A DNA stretch of 20,000 nucleotides from Candidatus Lindowbacteria bacterium RIFCSPLOWO2_12_FULL_62_27 (lineage in GTDB: Bacteria > Lindowbacteria > 2-12-FULL-62-27), in NCBI GenBank assembly GCA_001784175.1, contig MFPR01000006.1, forward strand, positions 246,226-266,225. The letters run 5' to 3'. Position numbers and translations under genes: made by a program. The notes beneath the pieces were generated by a model. That model was not told the origin of the DNA, made no database searches, and saw nothing but the letters and a program-made list of their open reading frames with translations. Position 1 is the first letter of the stretch. The number at the start of each line of letters is the position of its first letter. This document shows, in pieces, positions 1-8,422 of the stretch.

Positions 1-1
1 G

Positions 2-49
2 GGCCTCTGGATGTGGAACGTCGTCCGGAAGGAAGGCGTGGCGCTCTAG
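2..49 (+). CDS. Possible 3' end of an upstream gene (…GLWMWNVVRKEGVAL*)
   Basis: Open frame from the window edge to TAG at 47-49 with host-like GC3-rich codons; too short to identify. Confidence 0.35.
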   Translation, partial: GLWMWNVVRKEGVAL

Positions 50-80
50 GTATGGATGGCCGAGCTATAACTACTCACCT

Positions 81-186
81 CCTCTCCCCCCGGAGGGGGG
101 AGAGGATTGAGGTGAGGGGGGCGGGGGGCCGCGCCGGAAGTCTGCCACCCTCACCCCAACCCTCTCCCGCCAGAGGCGGGAGAGGG
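81..186. repeat. Inverted pair of REP-like palindromes (REPIN/BIME-like doublet)
   Basis: Hairpin CCTCTCCCCCC-GGA-GGGGGGAGAGG (81-105) is followed by GGTGAGGG. The mirror copy has CCCTCACC (148-155) followed by the hairpin CCTCTCCCGCC-AGA-GGCGGGAGAGG (161-185). Confidence 0.75.
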
Positions 187-202
187 GGGGGCGGGGAGGA
201 AC

Positions 203-631
203 ATGGACCGCCGAAAATGGATCGACTGGGCGATCAAGGGCATCACCGGACTCTACGGCATGGCCATCGCCTATCCGCTCGTGCGGTTCCTCCACAGCGG
301 CGAGGGCGAAGCGGAGGAGAAGGTCACGCAGATCAAGCTGGAGAAAAACGTGGTGCCGGAGCCCGGCACGTCCAAGATTTTCAAATTCGGATCCAAACCC
401 GCCATCATCATCAAACGCCCGGACGGCGCCGTCCACGCGCTCTTGGCGACCTGCAGCCACCTCGGCTGCACGGTCGATTACGACAAGAAGGAAGACAAAA
501 TCGCCTGCGCCTGTCACGGCGGCCGCTACGACGCCTCCACCGGCGCCAACATCTCCGGCCCCCCGCCCGCGCCGCTCAAGCCGCTGAAGCTGGAAGAAAA
601 GGACGACGGTTATTACGTCGGGGTGGTGTGA
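203..631 (+). CDS. Rieske [2Fe-2S] subunit of a Rieske/cytochrome b complex (PetC/QcrA-like)
   Basis: CSHLGC and CACHGGRY boxes, C-terminal GPPPAPL, N-terminal Tat-like DRRKW plus TM anchor; RBS GGAGGA upstream. Confidence 0.95.
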   Translation: MDRRKWIDWAIKGITGLYGMAIAYPLVRFLHSGEGEAEEKVTQIKLEKNVVPEPGTSKIFKFGSKPAIIIKRPDGAVHALLATCSHLGCTVDYDKKEDKIACACHGGRYDASTGANISGPPPAPLKPLKLEEKDDGYYVGVV

Positions 632-637
632 GACGGG

Positions 638-2347
638 ATGAACATAGCCACATTCGTTGCGTTGAAGTGGCGATTCCCTGTGGTCTTGCCACAGGGTCTC
701 CTTGGATCGGCCATCTGGCGTATTCTGGGGCTGTCGGTTTCCTTGATTATATTTCTTATCGCAGTACCTCTCACGTGGGCGGCACATCGGATTGTCGGAG
801 GCGCACCAGTGGGCCTCATTGAACACAATTGTGACCTCTCCATCAAAACGGGCGATGTCGATACCGCAGCGGCCGATGAAATATCGTCCTATCTTATTGC
901 CGGCGATTGGACATTCTCGTTTGTCCGTACAGGGGAACTCCTCAAGCGGATATCAAAAACAATCAATCCGGGGCTAAACCCCTATACATTCGATTGGACG
1001 CCGACCCCGCCTGCGACATTTCCGGAGGCGTGTGCGTTTAAGGGGGCGATCGTTGGGATCCAAATTGGCGACCGGTTTAGGTTTGGCGGGCCGTGTGTGG
1101 TGGATGCGAATGTGCTTGAAGAATATCCGCTCTATTTGATCATGCCGACGGCCAGCGGAGACGTCGTTGAGGAGTTTCCGCTATTTGGTGAAATTTTGTC
1201 CAACGGAAGCGAACTCTATGTCAGAAAAGAATCCGCGCCGGGAGTCTTTACGCCGCATCGGTTCAACATTGGAGGTGACGCGCTCATTACAACCGGAGCA
1301 TTTGGGCACGGGTTGAGCGGACCCGGCGAATTCGACGATCCTAGCCAGTTCAATCCTGTTGCCTTGATGTTTTTGGATCCGGGATTGTACGAGGTCGAAC
1401 TCGTCTGGTATATGCCGAAGCCTCCTACGTTCGTGGGCAAAGAGAAAATCAGCAGCGAAATCAAGCTGATCGACGTTCAAGTAAACCGCACGCCTTTGCA
1501 GGTGGTCCCTGAAGAAGCCAGAGAAGTAACGTACACCATCAACCCCAAAATCGATGCGCATCTAAACAGGCTGGCTTTTTTGGTCGAGCGCCGGAAGGGA
1601 AGCGGGGGACATGATCGCGAGCACCACACGCCGTCGTTGCCGGAAACACCGGAATGGGAAGTGATGGATGGAACACAGGACAACACGAACACACATCCCA
1701 CAGGCACGGTGGAAAGCCCGCTTATCGTTTCACGGCAGAGCACAGGTACGAAGAAATATCAAGCAAGCAAATTTGGGGGTCTGGAGCGGGCCAGAATTTT
1801 TGGAGTGCCGCCCAGTTTCCCATCCGTGTCTACTCAAAAGGACCTAAAGGACGAACTCGACCGTCAGAAAGGTCAAGTCTGCCAATTGGGATCCGTCGAG
1901 ATCGAGGTTAAGGTGCCGGACCTCGAATTACTGCCGGATGCGCCGGACCCGGATGATTACGAAAAGATTGGTGGTACTCCCGAACACCTTGGCCCACCAT
2001 CATCGACAACGGACAATAACCACTGGGGGAAGCCCAGTGTAATTCAGGCTTTAAAGGACATAGCTGCCGCTTACGATCTGATCCCCTTCTTGGGACCAAT
2101 TAAATATAATGACATTAGCCTGCCGTGGGGTGGTGGTTTCGATGTGGACGGAAATTGGGGAGCAGATTTGGCGGCAAGCAATCACAGCGGCCATCGCATA
2201 GGGAAGGCCGCCGATGTACGATCCGACCCACCCAATTCTGATGGAATTTCATTGAGTGGACCGTTGGCATGGTCGCTCAAGGGTATCGTGAGTTACTACG
2301 GCGGAGAAGCAAAAGATCATGGCAATCACTGGCATCTGAAATTCTAA
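638..2347 (+). CDS. Exported protein with C-terminal MepA/peptidase M15-like (LAS-type Zn) murein endopeptidase domain
   Basis: Hydrophobic N-terminal signal (ILGLSVSLIIFLIAVPLTWA). C-terminal NDISLPWGGGFD, HSGHRIGKAAD (H-x6-D) and terminal HWH Zn-ligand motifs. Confidence 0.75.
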   Translation: MNIATFVALKWRFPVVLPQGLLGSAIWRILGLSVSLIIFLIAVPLTWAAHRIVGGAPVGLIEHNCDLSIKTGDVDTAAADEISSYLIAGDWTFSFVRTGELLKRISKTINPGLNPYTFDWTPTPPATFPEACAFKGAIVGIQIGDRFRFGGPCVVDANVLEEYPLYLIMPTASGDVVEEFPLFGEILSNGSELYVRKESAPGVFTPHRFNIGGDALITTGAFGHGLSGPGEFDDPSQFNPVALMFLDPGLYEVELVWYMPKPPTFVGKEKISSEIKLIDVQVNRTPLQVVPEEAREVTYTINPKIDAHLNRLAFLVERRKGSGGHDREHHTPSLPETPEWEVMDGTQDNTNTHPTGTVESPLIVSRQSTGTKKYQASKFGGLERARIFGVPPSFPSVSTQKDLKDELDRQKGQVCQLGSVEIEVKVPDLELLPDAPDPDDYEKIGGTPEHLGPPSSTTDNNHWGKPSVIQALKDIAAAYDLIPFLGPIKYNDISLPWGGGFDVDGNWGADLAASNHSGHRIGKAADVRSDPPNSDGISLSGPLAWSLKGIVSYYGGEAKDHGNHWHLKF

Positions 2348-3432
2348 TGAACACCTTAAAAATTAATCTCGGTGTGTTTGTTGTAGGACTTTTTTTAATT
2401 TCACCCTCCTATGGCGATCACCTCGGCCCCGTTGATTTAAGCAGGATGCGCGTAGTCCACAGCGATGCTACCGATTCGTTCAAATTCTTCTTAGACCCTG
2501 TCAGTGGAAACTATTTCGTTGAATATTTCGAGTTGGGTTCATCGGGGCAACTTGCCCGGGAAATCGCTCTCGTCGAACCGACAAACAAAGTCTCGCCCAA
2601 AACGAAAGTGGATATTACGCGAATGAATGCCGGATCATTCTCATATGAGTATACGGTGGAGAATGGACAGGACGCCAAACAACGTATCATCATGTTTAAG
2701 TTGTCATTCTCTAGAGATGTAACACTAAAAAACAGCGAAGGTCCCCTTGCTTGGCTGTCTCTACCTCAGAAAAAAGATGATGACCTCAACAACCGCGTCG
2801 GTTGGGTAAATATCAATCTTGTCGAAAGTTTTTTTGGTTTGGCCCCCGGCGAATCAAAACGCGGATTTAGAGTAGAAGCTGATTATTTACCTGGCATCAT
2901 CAATGCTTCATATTCCGGCGCGGGTGTAGAAAAAAATGCCGAAGGAAGAGCCCTGAGTAATTGGTTTCCACACGAAATTTCCGAAAATCTTGAAGGGAAG
3001 ATTGACGCTCTGTTAAATAATGACACCAATAAATTCACCGTCCGCAAAACGGTTGGGCCAATGAAACCAATTCCAACTGATGCCGGTTTCATCTGCGACA
3101 CGTTCATCCTCGACCTGATCGGCCAAGTACGCGAAGCGGTCACGGCGGGCTGGATCAAGCACGACCTGCGGAAAGACCGGGACGAGGATGACGACGACGG
3201 CGACGAATCCGACCTATCCAATCCGGACAAGCAGTTGCCCGGCGTGGCAAAGTCGATCATCCGGAAGCTGACGAAGGTGCGGCGCGAGTGCATGCGCGGA
3301 AAATTCGGCAACGCGCGGGAGAAACTGCGGACGCTGATCCGTCAGGTGAACGCGCAGCGCGGGAAGCATTTGACCGAGGAATCCTACGCGCTGATCAAAT
3401 TCAACACTGAGTTTTTGCTGGAGAAGCTTTGA
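2347..3432 (+). CDS. Exported hypothetical protein with C-terminal helical (FIMAH-like) domain; partner of the upstream peptidase
   Basis: ATG at 2347 overlaps the upstream stop (TAATG) and begins a signal peptide, MNTLKINLGVFVVGLFLISPSYG. C-terminus GWI…AREKLRTLIRQVNAQRGKHLTEESYALIKFNTEFLL. The ORF-track start at 2269 is probably too early. Confidence 0.7.
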   Translation: MNTLKINLGVFVVGLFLISPSYGDHLGPVDLSRMRVVHSDATDSFKFFLDPVSGNYFVEYFELGSSGQLAREIALVEPTNKVSPKTKVDITRMNAGSFSYEYTVENGQDAKQRIIMFKLSFSRDVTLKNSEGPLAWLSLPQKKDDDLNNRVGWVNINLVESFFGLAPGESKRGFRVEADYLPGIINASYSGAGVEKNAEGRALSNWFPHEISENLEGKIDALLNNDTNKFTVRKTVGPMKPIPTDAGFICDTFILDLIGQVREAVTAGWIKHDLRKDRDEDDDDGDESDLSNPDKQLPGVAKSIIRKLTKVRRECMRGKFGNAREKLRTLIRQVNAQRGKHLTEESYALIKFNTEFLLEKL

Positions 3433-4508
3433 TGAACGTCAAGGAATGGCTCAACCGGTTCCTCGAAGAGCGTCTGCCCGTGAAGGAAATGAAGGACCTG
3501 TCGGCCCACAAGCTGGTGCCGGAGCACAAGCAGGCGGTGTGGTACTATTTCGGCGGCATCTCCCTGTTCTTTTTCATCATTCTCGTCTTCACCGGCATGG
3601 TCCTGCTGTTTCAGTATCAGCCCGGTCTCGAGAGCAGTCACGCGTCGGTGTTGCGGATCGTCACCAAAGTCGATTTTGGCTGGCTGATCCGGTCGGTCCA
3701 CTCGTGGGCGGCGAACCTCATGCTGGTGGCGGTGTTCATTCACATGTTTTCGGTCTATTTCATGAAGGCCTACCAGAAACCGCGGGAGCTGACGTGGTTC
3801 ACGGGCCTTGGCCTTCTGGGGCTGGGCCTCGGATTTGGATTCACCGGCTACTGTCTCGTGTGGGACGACATGGCGTTTTTCGCGACGAAGATCGGCATCG
3901 ACATCGTGGAGGGCATTCCGGGCGGCTCCTACGTCGCGCACATCCTGCGCGGCGGCCCCGACATGGGCGGGCTGACGATCCAGCGGATGTTCGCGCTGCA
4001 CGTGGTGATCATCCCGTGGATTTTCATCGGCCTTCTTTCGGCGCATCTCTTTTTCCTGCAGATCCACGGCAACAAGATACCGGAAGAGATCGAAAAATCC
4101 GGCCAGTACCACAAGATTCCGTTCTTCCCGAATTTTCTTTTGAGCGACCTCTACGTCTGGCTGATCATGCTGAACCTCCTCGCGGTCCTGGCCGCGCTCT
4201 TCCCTTGGCACCTGGGCGCCGAGGCCGACGCGCTGGCGCCGGCGCCGAAGGGCGTGAAACCCGAATGGTATTTCATGGCGATGTTCCAGCTCCTGAAACT
4301 GATGCCGTCCCAGGTGGCCGGCATCAGCGGCGAATTGTTCGGAAACATGGTGTTCGGTGTTGCCGGCCTCTTCTGGGCGCTGGTGCCGGTCTGGAACCCC
4401 GCGACCGCCTCCGGCCGGCGCGCGAAGCTGGCCACCTATGTCGGCTTGTTCGGCATCGTGTGGCTGATCGGTTTCACCATCTGGGGCTATATGGCCCACC
4501 CGGTATAA
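3432..4508 (+). CDS. Cytochrome b subunit (unsplit, PetB+PetD/QcrB-like)
   Basis: Heme His pairs RSVH-x13-H and ALH-x14-H, WYYFGG, GFTGY, KPEWYF; ATG overlaps the previous stop (TGATG). Confidence 0.95.
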   Translation: MNVKEWLNRFLEERLPVKEMKDLSAHKLVPEHKQAVWYYFGGISLFFFIILVFTGMVLLFQYQPGLESSHASVLRIVTKVDFGWLIRSVHSWAANLMLVAVFIHMFSVYFMKAYQKPRELTWFTGLGLLGLGLGFGFTGYCLVWDDMAFFATKIGIDIVEGIPGGSYVAHILRGGPDMGGLTIQRMFALHVVIIPWIFIGLLSAHLFFLQIHGNKIPEEIEKSGQYHKIPFFPNFLLSDLYVWLIMLNLLAVLAALFPWHLGAEADALAPAPKGVKPEWYFMAMFQLLKLMPSQVAGISGELFGNMVFGVAGLFWALVPVWNPATASGRRAKLATYVGLFGIVWLIGFTIWGYMAHPV

Positions 4509-4512
4509 TCGG

Positions 4513-5838
4513 ATGAACTATCCCCAGTGGGTCATTGAAGGTATCGGCGGGCCGTGGGTCATTGGCCTGATCGCCATCAGTCACGTCTTTATCTCGCAGT
4601 TCGCCGTCGGCGGCGGGTTTTTCCTGCCCATTACCGAATACATCGCCCGGAAAAACGGCAACATGGAAATGCTCGAGTACGTCCACAAGCACACCCGGTT
4701 CTTCACGATCCTCACCTCCGTCGTCGGCGCCATGTTCGGCGTCGGCATCTGGTTCGCGATCGGGCTGGTCAATCCGGACGCGACCGCGTTTTTGATCCGG
4801 AATTTCGTCCTCGCCTGGACGATCGAGTGGGTCTGGTTTTTCCTCGAAATCGCGTCCCTCGTCGTCTATTACTACGGCTGGAAGACGCTCTCGCCGCGCA
4901 CGCACCAGATCGTCGGCTGGGTCTATCTCTTCACCGCGGTCATGACGCTCTTCACCATCAACGGCATCCTCACCTTCATGCTGACGCCCGGTGACTGGGT
5001 GGAGAACCGCAACTTGTGGTCGGCCTGGTTCAACCCGACCTTCTGGCCGTCCTTCACGATCCGGCTCCTTGTCTGTCTGGGACTGGCCGGCCTCTACGGC
5101 CTCATCACGGCCTCCCGGATGCCCAAAGAGGGCGGCCTTCGCACGCAGATGCTACGGTATTCCGCGATGTGGTTCATTCCGACCTTCGTCGGCATGCTCT
5201 TCGCCATGGGATGGTACTTTTTCGCGCTCCCGGAGGAAGTCCGGACGATGCTGTACAGCGGCGTGTCGGGGTTTGCGAGAGGCAATCTCGCCGTTCTGAC
5301 GCGCGTGTCGATGCTGACGATCCTCTTCACGTGCACCATGGGCATGATGATCTATTTCGGCGCCTACGCCAACCCGGACGAATTCAAGGGCGGCAAGATC
5401 GCGTTCCTCATGCTGTCCGCGCTTTTCGTGACGGGCGCCGGCGAGTGGACGAGGGAAGTCCTGCGCAAGCCCTACGTGATCCGGTACGTCATGTACTCGA
5501 ACGGGGTCCTCGCGGCGAACGCGAAGACGCTGGAGGATTCGGAGCAGACATTCCTTGACAACATCAAGTGGCGTCGCACGGGCGAGAGCGACGGCGAAGC
5601 GATGTTCCGCGCGCAGTGCCGGAGCTGCCACACGATGGACGGCTACCGCCCGCTCCGGGAGTTTCTGGCGGGCCGGGACGAAAACTCCATCAACAGCCTC
5701 TTGAAAATCATGCGCCCGGGCGACAAGAACCCCTACCAGAACATCATGCCGCCGGTGATGGGCACGGACACCGAACTGGCGTCGCTGGCGCACTATCTGG
5801 CCGAGGAAGCCGCGAAGGCAGACGCGCCGCATCACTAA
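4513..5838 (+). CDS. Cytochrome bd oxidase subunit I-like membrane protein with C-terminal c-type heme domain
   Basis: Multiple TM helices. CydA-like segments ISHVFISQFAVG, WTIEWVWFFLE, NGILTFMLTPG, FNPTF, GEWTREVLRKPYVI. CRSCH heme-binding motif and distal MPP. Confidence 0.85.
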   Translation: MNYPQWVIEGIGGPWVIGLIAISHVFISQFAVGGGFFLPITEYIARKNGNMEMLEYVHKHTRFFTILTSVVGAMFGVGIWFAIGLVNPDATAFLIRNFVLAWTIEWVWFFLEIASLVVYYYGWKTLSPRTHQIVGWVYLFTAVMTLFTINGILTFMLTPGDWVENRNLWSAWFNPTFWPSFTIRLLVCLGLAGLYGLITASRMPKEGGLRTQMLRYSAMWFIPTFVGMLFAMGWYFFALPEEVRTMLYSGVSGFARGNLAVLTRVSMLTILFTCTMGMMIYFGAYANPDEFKGGKIAFLMLSALFVTGAGEWTREVLRKPYVIRYVMYSNGVLAANAKTLEDSEQTFLDNIKWRRTGESDGEAMFRAQCRSCHTMDGYRPLREFLAGRDENSINSLLKIMRPGDKNPYQNIMPPVMGTDTELASLAHYLAEEAAKADAPHH

Positions 5839-5847
5839 AGATTGAGA

Positions 5848-6126
5848 TCAGTATTCGATGAATTCTTTGGGGTAGCGGGAGAGGTCGAGTCGTTCTTCTT
5901 GGGGAATGGGGACGATTCCCCAGTTTTGCATTTCAATGGCGCCAAAGAGGACATCGATCGTCCGGCCGGTTTCGTCCGTTCCAAGTTCATCCACGACGAA
6001 TGCCTGCAGCGTGACGGGTTTGCCCGAAAGTTGCCCAAAGAAGTGACAGGTTTCGGTGCATGTGCGATGTTTTCCGCCAAGGCCGACTCGAAAGGCCGTT
6101 GGCAGGTGGACATGCGCGGGATTTTC
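5848..6126 (-). pseudogene. 5'-truncated retropepsin-like aspartyl protease (C-terminal part only)
   Basis: A frame not in the ORF track reads HVHLPTAFRVGLGGKHRTCTETCHFFGQLSGKPVTLQAFVVDELGTDETGRTIDVLFGAIEMQNWGIVPIPQEERLDLSRYPKEFIEY*. VLFGAIEMQNWGI parallels MLIGAKTMQAWDI of 10089-10487. There is no upstream start codon and no D[ST]G; an in-frame stop lies at 6127-6129. Confidence 0.7.
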
Positions 6127-6136
6127 TCAATTATTC

Positions 6137-6165
6137 TTGACTTTTACCCCCTTGGCGGGTACATT
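6137..6165 (+). promoter_or_regulatory. sigma70-type promoter
   Basis: TTGACT-17 nt-TACATT. Confidence 0.7.
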
Positions 6166-6333
6166 CAGTAATTATACATCACTCGGGCAGCGGCAGGTCC
6201 GGTGTTACGCAGGGACTTATGCCTATAGTACATAATGAAGGAGCCGCCGGTACACGATGCCGCCCGATCTGGCCCGCCGTCTGAAATTCATCCAAACAGC
6301 CGGAAGAGAGAGACTACGCAAAGCCATCCAGAG

Positions 6334-6349
6334 TGTGATCCAGATCACA
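6334..6349. promoter_or_regulatory. CRP/FNR-family binding box
   Basis: TGTGA-TCCAGA-TCACA matches the CRP consensus TGTGA-N6-TCACA. Confidence 0.7.
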
Positions 6350-6636
6350 ACTATATATATACAGTATTTGTATAGCGGCCTCTTGGACCCCGTTCCTCCC
6401 ATGCGGGGAAAAACAAAACGGCCCCGATTTCTCGGAGCCGTTTGTGTCAACCTGTGGGAAGGTCCGATCGAACCATCCGAACCGTCCAATGGCTTGACCA
6501 AACTATATGGCAGAAATACTCGGATGTCAAGTGAACGTGGATCCGGAGGGAATCGAACCCTCGGCCGACAGGTTGACAACCATTGGACGGCGACCCGCCC
6601 GGCCCCACGCCCCAAACATAGCATAAAATCGCGACG

Positions 6637-6661
6637 GAATAACTTAACAACTTACGGTCTG
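6637..6661 (+). repeat. Junction motif type A, copy 1
   Basis: GAATAACTTAACAACTTACGGTCTG, identical at 9488-9512 and 9874-9898. Confidence 0.95.
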
Positions 6662-6776
6662 GCGCCATCGAACAGGCGCCATCGAACACGGGGAAGTTCT
6701 GGGTGTATCCCGGTTCGGGTGACACCATCTTCATCAATAGATATGATGAAAAACACGAGCGAGGAAGGTGAGTGAA

Positions 6777-7007
6777 ATGAAATTTGATCGGATTACGGTC
6801 AATCCCAAGCAGATGGGTGGGGCGCCGTGCATTCGGGGGATTCGTATCCCGGTCGCCTCGGTTGTGGGGATGGTGGCGGACGGAATGAAAGAGGAAGAGA
6901 TTTTGAAGGCGTATCCCGATCTCGAATTGGAGGACATTCGAGAGGCGCTTCAGTATGCGGCCGAGGCCGTGCGGGAACGTGAAATCCCGCTGATCGCCGA
7001 ACGGTGA
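6777..7007 (+). CDS. DUF433 family antitoxin
   Basis: [22 protein letters not shown]…[23 protein letters not shown] signature; RBS GAGGAAGG. Confidence 0.92.
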   Translation: MKFDRITVNPKQMGGAPCIRGIRIPVASVVGMVADGMKEEEILKAYPDLELEDIREALQYAAEAVREREIPLIAER

Positions 7008-7393
7008 AATTTCTGGTGGACAACGCACTCTCGCCGGCTCTTTCGGCCATCTTGCGGTCGGCGGGTCACGATGCCGTGCATGTGCGGGACTACGGCATGC
7101 AGGCTTCGGACGATGATGACATTTTTCGGCGAGCGGCGGTTGAGGAGCGAATACTGATTTCAGCGGATACCGATTTCGGGACGATCCTGGCGAAGCGGCA
7201 GGAGGTCAAGCCTTCGGTCATTCTCTTCCGACGACTGTCCCCACGCCGCCCGGACGCTCAAACCGCTTTTTTGATTGCCCGGTTGCCCGATGTGGCCGAA
7301 TCCTTGCAACAGGGAAGTATCGTTGTCTTGGAAGAAACGCGAATCCGGATCCGCCCCCTGCCCATCGGCGGACCGGAGCGGAGGAACGATTAA
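7004..7393 (+). CDS. DUF5615 family PIN-like toxin (VapC45-like)
   Basis: [10 protein letters not shown]…GHDAVHVRD…ASDDDIF…[14 protein letters not shown] overlap with the DUF433 gene. Confidence 0.92.
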   Translation: MKFLVDNALSPALSAILRSAGHDAVHVRDYGMQASDDDDIFRRAAVEERILISADTDFGTILAKRQEVKPSVILFRRLSPRRPDAQTAFLIARLPDVAESLQQGSIVVLEETRIRIRPLPIGGPERRND

Positions 7394-7421
7394 ACCATGA
7401 TGAAAATCAATCCGTCGGGTC

Positions 7422-7736
7422 TACAATGTTGATAATTCGACGATCGAGAGCGACAGCGCAAGTTCAAACGGCGCTGATGGTATCCGACTGAACACGAATT
7501 CTTCCGACAACGCGCTGGGCGGCAATACGGTCCATTCGAATGGATTTTGGGGTATTTCCGTGCGGAGCGCTTCGAATGGAAATGTGATAACAACCAACAC
7601 CCCAAAGTCCAACACGCGGGGTGGAATCGAGATTATCGATGCCGATTCGAACGCGGTAGTTCAGAATGAAGCGGCCAACAACGACACCGGGGTCTGGATT
7701 TATGGAACAGCTTCCGGCAATACCGTCTCAAAAAAC
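7422..7736 (+). pseudogene. Internal fragment of a parallel beta-helix (NosD/PbH1) surface-protein gene
   Basis: Reads YNVDNSTIESDSASSNGADGIRLNTNSSDNALGG…NDTGVWIYGTASGNTVSKN. The first ~50 nt are nearly identical to 18693-18744 (YNVDNSTIENDSASSNG). No in-frame start (TGA at 7401-7403). Confidence 0.85.
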
Positions 7737-7742
7737 ACACCA

Positions 7743-8147
7743 CTAAAACTCGGAGGCTTTCATGATGCGGTATGGCAGCGGCTTGGATAGAGCGAGGAAA
7801 TCGCGGTTTTCGGAGATGAGAAAATCGGCGTTCACCCATTCCGCGTACGCCCCGATCTGGGCGTCGGCGGGCTTGAGGCCGCGGACCAGATACGACGCGA
7901 ACAATGCCTTGGGGACATTGTCGTCATCGTCGATACGGCAAGCCATGTCCAGCCAAAAGCGGTGGCAGAGCTTGAACGCCGTCCGTTTGAGATTCCGCCG
8001 GGTTTCGTCGGCAATCGATCGTGATACAGACAGCGAGTTTTTTTCGGCTTTCTCGATCAAGCGGCCGATCAGCCGCTCACAGGCGGGCTTCCGTTCCGCG
8101 CCGAAGGCGTATATGTACTCGTTGCTATCGAGAACGATGCGGGGCAA
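7743..8147 (-). CDS. PIN-domain toxin (VapC-like)
   Basis: TTG start at 8147 with GAGGAG RBS; RIVLDSN…E…ADAQI…ADFLISENRDF acidic PIN motifs. Confidence 0.85.
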   Translation of the reverse strand: MPRIVLDSNEYIYAFGAERKPACERLIGRLIEKAEKNSLSVSRSIADETRRNLKRTAFKLCHRFWLDMACRIDDDDNVPKALFASYLVRGLKPADAQIGAYAEWVNADFLISENRDFLALSKPLPYRIMKASEF

Positions 8148-8340
8148 AGCGCTCCTCAAAAAGCTCGTATCGAGTTTTTTTAATGCGGGCAAGGATCTGG
8201 GCTGCGGTGAGACCATCGAACAACGTTCCGTGCCGGCGTTTGTAGTCCAGAGCCGCTTCAAACGCCCGGCGAGCCGCCACCGGGTCTGGCTTCCCTCCGT
8301 TTCGTCTATGGAGCCTATCCCTCATCGTCCTTTGTTTCAT
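8125..8340 (-). CDS. Putative antitoxin of the PIN toxin
   Basis: 71-aa basic ORF directly upstream of, and overlapping, the PIN gene. TTGACA-17-GACAGT lies 6 nt before the ATG (leaderless-like). Confidence 0.65.
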   Translation of the reverse strand: MKQRTMRDRLHRRNGGKPDPVAARRAFEAALDYKRRHGTLFDGLTAAQILARIKKTRYELFEERFAPHRSR

Positions 8341-8422
8341 GTCGATACTGTCCTAAATCCCGTCGGGCATGTCAAGCGCGGGGACTTGGAGACGTGGGGA
8401 CGTAGAGACTGGGAAAATTTTT

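Larger units (their letters stand above)
6137..6661 (+). repeat. Divergent copy of the non-coding leader element (copy A)
   Basis: Same landmarks in the same order as 8423-8843: promoter, CTCGG..GGCARGTCC…GGACTYATG, TACG…TCC..AGTGTGATC..GATCACAA, AT-rich TATATATACAG, GTTGACA, terminal junction motif. Confidence 0.6.

Noticed and set aside
3384-5861. Long alternative-frame and antisense ORFs over the cytochrome genes (also over the giant gene and at 13-826)
   Set aside because: These are shadow ORFs expected from high GC3 codon bias.
6349-6364. LexA SOS box (…TATATATACAG; also ~8634-8649 and ~11219-11234)
   Set aside because: Only the right half-site matches; there is no CTG at the N10 spacing.
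5835-6775. ORF-track entries 5835-6113(-), 5842-6171(+), 6223-6624(-), 6257-6775(+)
   Set aside because: They show no protein-like features and overlap the protease remnant in another frame or the non-coding leader.
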